This document shows positions 61,228-64,000 of a stretch of 64,000 nt of DNA, piece by piece. The position numbers and the translations under genes were made by a program. This DNA comes from an uncultured delta proteobacterium. GTDB taxonomy: Bacteria; Myxococcota_A; Polyangia; Palsa-1104. Each line of letters starts with the position of its first letter. Within the stretch, counting starts at the first letter, position 1. The notes under the pieces were generated by a model. The model was not told the DNA's origin, ran no database searches, and saw nothing but the letters and a program-made list of their open reading frames with translations. Location of the stretch: positions 192,001-256,000 of the forward strand of contig CAWAWS010000020.1 of NCBI GenBank assembly GCA_963785725.1. The letters run 5' to 3'.

Positions 61228-62199
61228 TCACGCGATTTTGCGACGCTGCGTGCGCCGGAAGGCGCCGGGCGTGCCGCCCATGAAGCGGACGAAGGCGCGG
61301 CTGAACGAGGCCTCGCTGCGGTAGCCGACCTGCAGCGCGACCTCGCCCAAGCCGACGTCGCTGTCGATGAGGATTTGCGCGGCGCGGCGCATGCGCCAGC
61401 GCGCGACGTAACGCAGCGGCGGCTCGCCCACTTTCGCCAAGAAGCGCGCGGCGAACGCCGAGCGTGACAGGCCGGCGGCGCGGCCGAGCGATTCGATCGT
61501 CCAGTCCGCGGACGGCTCGGCGTGAACGAGCGCCAACGCCCGCGCCAGCGGCGCATCGGCCAGCGCCTTGAGCTCGCCGCAGCGGCCATGCTCGTGCTGA
61601 CCGGCACGGCGCAAGATGTCGATGAAGATGACCTCGCCGAGGCGGCTCAGCAGCGCGCGGCTGCCGCCCTGCGGCGACGCGGCTTCGGCGCGGAAGAGGC
61701 TCGCGGCGGCGGCCAGCGTCGGGCTGTCGTCGGACGTCGTCACCAAGAGCGGCGGGAGCTGCGCCAAGATCGCGCTGCGCGAGGAGGTCGAGATGCGAAA
61801 GCCGACACCGACGAAGCGCGTGCGCGCCCCGCCGCCGCCGCGCTGCTCGGCGGCGGCCAGCCGCGGACACGCCGACAGCTGCTGCAGCGGCGCGCGACTG
61901 GTCGGCGCGTCTCTGATCTCCATCGTCGTCGTCCGCACTTTGAGCAGCAGATCGCCGGTGCTCAGCATCGCCGCCGGTCGGCCGGCGGTCGACACGGCCG
62001 CCGTGCCGCGCAGGACGCTCAGCAACATGACGTCCACTTCGTCGTTGGGCTCGATGCGCAGCGCGAACGGCGCCGACAGCTCGAAGACGCCGTGCACCTG
62101 CGCCGACACGCGCATGAGGTCGATGAGATCCGACAGCGGATCGTGCGGATTTGGCGTGCCGGCAGGACGCTTGGACATTTTTTTTGGACTCTTCCGCAT
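61228..62199 (-). CDS. AraC family regulator with cupin domain (start uncertain)
   Basis: DPLSDL; WTIESL...SRSAFAARF...GYRSEASFSRAF. Confidence 0.92.
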   Translation of the reverse strand: MRKSPKKMSKRPAGTPNPHDPLSDLIDLMRVSAQVHGVFELSAPFALRIEPNDEVDVMLLSVLRGTAAVSTAGRPAAMLSTGDLLLKVRTTTMEIRDAPTSRAPLQQLSACPRLAAAEQRGGGGARTRFVGVGFRISTSSRSAILAQLPPLLVTTSDDSPTLAAAASLFRAEAASPQGGSRALLSRLGEVIFIDILRRAGQHEHGRCGELKALADAPLARALALVHAEPSADWTIESLGRAAGLSRSAFAARFLAKVGEPPLRYVARWRMRRAAQILIDSDVGLGEVALQVGYRSEASFSRAFVRFMGGTPGAFRRTQRRKIA

Positions 62200-62265
62200 G
62201 GATCATCCTGTCGACGTGCGATATCAGTATGACACGAGTCGCCGCCGAGGCGACGTGGAGGCTCC

Positions 62266-62856
62266 GTGGCGCACCTCGATTCGACCGCTCTCGACCAGCT
62301 CTTCTTGCAGGCTCGCTCGCACAACGTTTGGCTCGATCGTCCGGTCAGCGACGACACGTTGCATCAGCTCTACGACTTGTCGCGTATGGGTCCGACGAGC
62401 GCCAACTCGACGCCGATGCGGCTCGTCTTCGTCAAGAGCCAGGCGGCCAAAGAGCGGCTCAAGCCGACGCTGGCGCCGATGAACGTCGACAAGACGATGT
62501 CGGCGCCGGTGACGGCGATCGTGGCGTTCGACCGCGAGTTCTACGAGCAGATGCCGAAGCTGTTTCCGCATCGTGACATGAAGCCGTTGTTCGCCGGCAT
62601 GCCGGAAGAGGCGCGCGATCGCATGGGCACGCTCAACGGCGCGCTGCAGGGCGCTTATCTCATCATGGCGGCGCGGGCGCTCGGGCTCGACGCCGGCCCG
62701 ATGGGTGGATTCGACGCCGCGAAGGTCGACGCCGAGTTTTTAGCGGGGACGAAGTGGAAGTCGCTGTTCTTGGTGAACCTCGGGTATGGCGACGGGGCCA
62801 AGCTGTTTCCGCGGAATCCGCGGCTGGATTTCGCGGAGGCGGCGCGGATCGAGTAA
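62266..62856 (+). CDS. rutE: malonic semialdehyde reductase / nitroreductase (RutE/HadB family)
   Basis: [48 protein letters not shown]. Confidence 0.85.
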   Translation: MAHLDSTALDQLFLQARSHNVWLDRPVSDDTLHQLYDLSRMGPTSANSTPMRLVFVKSQAAKERLKPTLAPMNVDKTMSAPVTAIVAFDREFYEQMPKLFPHRDMKPLFAGMPEEARDRMGTLNGALQGAYLIMAARALGLDAGPMGGFDAAKVDAEFLAGTKWKSLFLVNLGYGDGAKLFPRNPRLDFAEAARIE

Positions 62857-62881
62857 CGGCGGGCGGCGCGCCGCCGATCGG

Positions 62882-62923
62882 TGACTGACGGTCAGTCATG
62901 CGGCGCTGACTGACCGTCAGTCA
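62882..62923. repeat. pair of 17-bp palindromes TGACTGACnGTCAGTCA
   Basis: 62882-62898 and 62907-62923. Confidence 0.8.
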
Positions 62924-63193
62924 TGTCGCGGCGGCGGGCGCTTTGGCTCGGGCGGCGGGCGGAGGCGCGCGGGCGGGCTGTGCCCGCGCGCGCCGGAGCT
63001 CCGTCGGGCCGGCCATCGGTTGAGCGCGCAAAGTGGCGAATGGTTTATGACGGGGTCGGTCTCGAAGCGCCGACGTTCGCCCACAAGATCAGGAAAGTCG
63101 AGATAGGCACGAGCCGCGGGTCGCCGAACGGTGCGCTACCGAACTATCGCGCCACCGAGCTATCGCCTTACTGAACTATCGCTCTGCGGGTGG

Positions 63194-63709
63194 TCAGACG
63201 AGGACGGCGCCTTCGTGCTGCAGTAGCCACTGCTTGCGCGGCAGGCCGCCGCCGTAGCCGTGCAGCTTGCCGTCGGCGGCGACGACGCGATGGCAGGGCA
63301 CGACGATCGACACCGGGTTCGCGCCGTTCGCGGCGCCGACGGCGCGCACGGCGGCCGCGCTGCCGACGGCGCGCGCGAGCTCGCCGTACGAGCACGTCGC
63401 GCCGAGCGGAATGCGGCGCAGCGCGGCCCACACGCGCGCCTGGAACGCCGTGCCCCCCAAGTCGACGGCGATGTCGTCGACGGCGTGCAAGTCACCGGCG
63501 AGATAGTCGCGCACGCGGCCGATGGCGCCGCCCGGGTCGCGCGACGGCCGGAAGACGACCTCGCCGAAGCGGCCGCGCAAATGCGCCTGCAGACGCTCGC
63601 CGCGATCTTCGAAGACGAGGCCGCACAAGGCGTCGCCCAGTCCGTACAAGATGACGTCACCGACGGGCGTGGGCAACGTCGCGGTCGTGATGGTCGTGGG
63701 CTCGCTCAT
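63194..63709 (-). CDS. ogt: methylated-DNA-protein-cysteine methyltransferase
   Basis: GTAFQARVW, SYGELA, RAVGAANG.NP, PCHRVV. Confidence 0.95.
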   Translation of the reverse strand: MSEPTTITTATLPTPVGDVILYGLGDALCGLVFEDRGERLQAHLRGRFGEVVFRPSRDPGGAIGRVRDYLAGDLHAVDDIAVDLGGTAFQARVWAALRRIPLGATCSYGELARAVGSAAAVRAVGAANGANPVSIVVPCHRVVAADGKLHGYGGGLPRKQWLLQHEGAVLV

Positions 63710-64000
63710 CGAAAATTCTCACTCGTCCAGAGGTAGAGCGCGGCATACGCGCGAAATGGGCGCCAACGCTCGGCGCGCGCGATCAGCGCCTTTTCGTCGA
63801 GCGCCAGCGCGCGCCGCAGCCACAGATCGCCGGCGGGAAACGCGTCGGGCTCGCCGAGTCGCAGCGCGAGGTAGCTCGCCGTCCACGGGCCGACGCCGGG
63901 CAGCGCGACGAGGCGGGCGACGAGCGCGTCGAGCGGCAGCGTGCGATCGAGCGGCAGCGTGCGGTCGGCGACGGCCGTCGCCAGCGCCGCCAAGGCCACG
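63706..64000 (-). CDS. alkA: DNA-3-methyladenine glycosylase II (AlkA family), 5' end outside window
   Basis: LPGVGPWTA, DAFPAGDL, WRPFRAYAALYLW. Confidence 0.88.
   Translation of the reverse strand, partial: VALAALATAVADRTLPLDRTLPLDALVARLVALPGVGPWTASYLALRLGEPDAFPAGDLWLRRALALDEKALIARAERWRPFRAYAALYLWTSENFR

Overview
High-GC (about 70%) bacterial chromosome segment. Gene content suggests a myxobacterium-like organism (inference): several Ser/Thr kinases, DUF2378-like domains, Gly-rich lipoproteins, Ku. About 60 CDS are supported; no rRNA, tRNA, CRISPR array or intact transposase was seen. Blocks in order: TetR-thiolase-EmrAB efflux operon; decayed SDR and an orphan bufferin-like peptide; a 161-bp MITE-like hairpin; DHS-DprE1-DprE2-epimerase operon; frmA (frameshifted)-fghA; signalling genes; a putative predation/antagonism locus at 21.4-27.2 kb; envelope/lipid genes including a lipocalin-polyprenyl synthase fusion; a lone SLATT-like protein; atypical response regulator, pseudokinase and phosphatase; transporters; DUF72-Ku-MerR/TPR; AraC-rutE; ogt-alkA. 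The best candidate for a new system is 22490-24244, an Flp/Tad-type prepilin fused to a Hint domain that keeps the canonical splicing residues and then to an uncharacterised toxin-like C-terminus. It lies downstream of two tandem GH19 chitinases, and all three genes carry sigma-54-type promoters. Many genes appear leaderless (-10 box 6 nt before the start codon). All calls are from reading the sequence; no searches were run.
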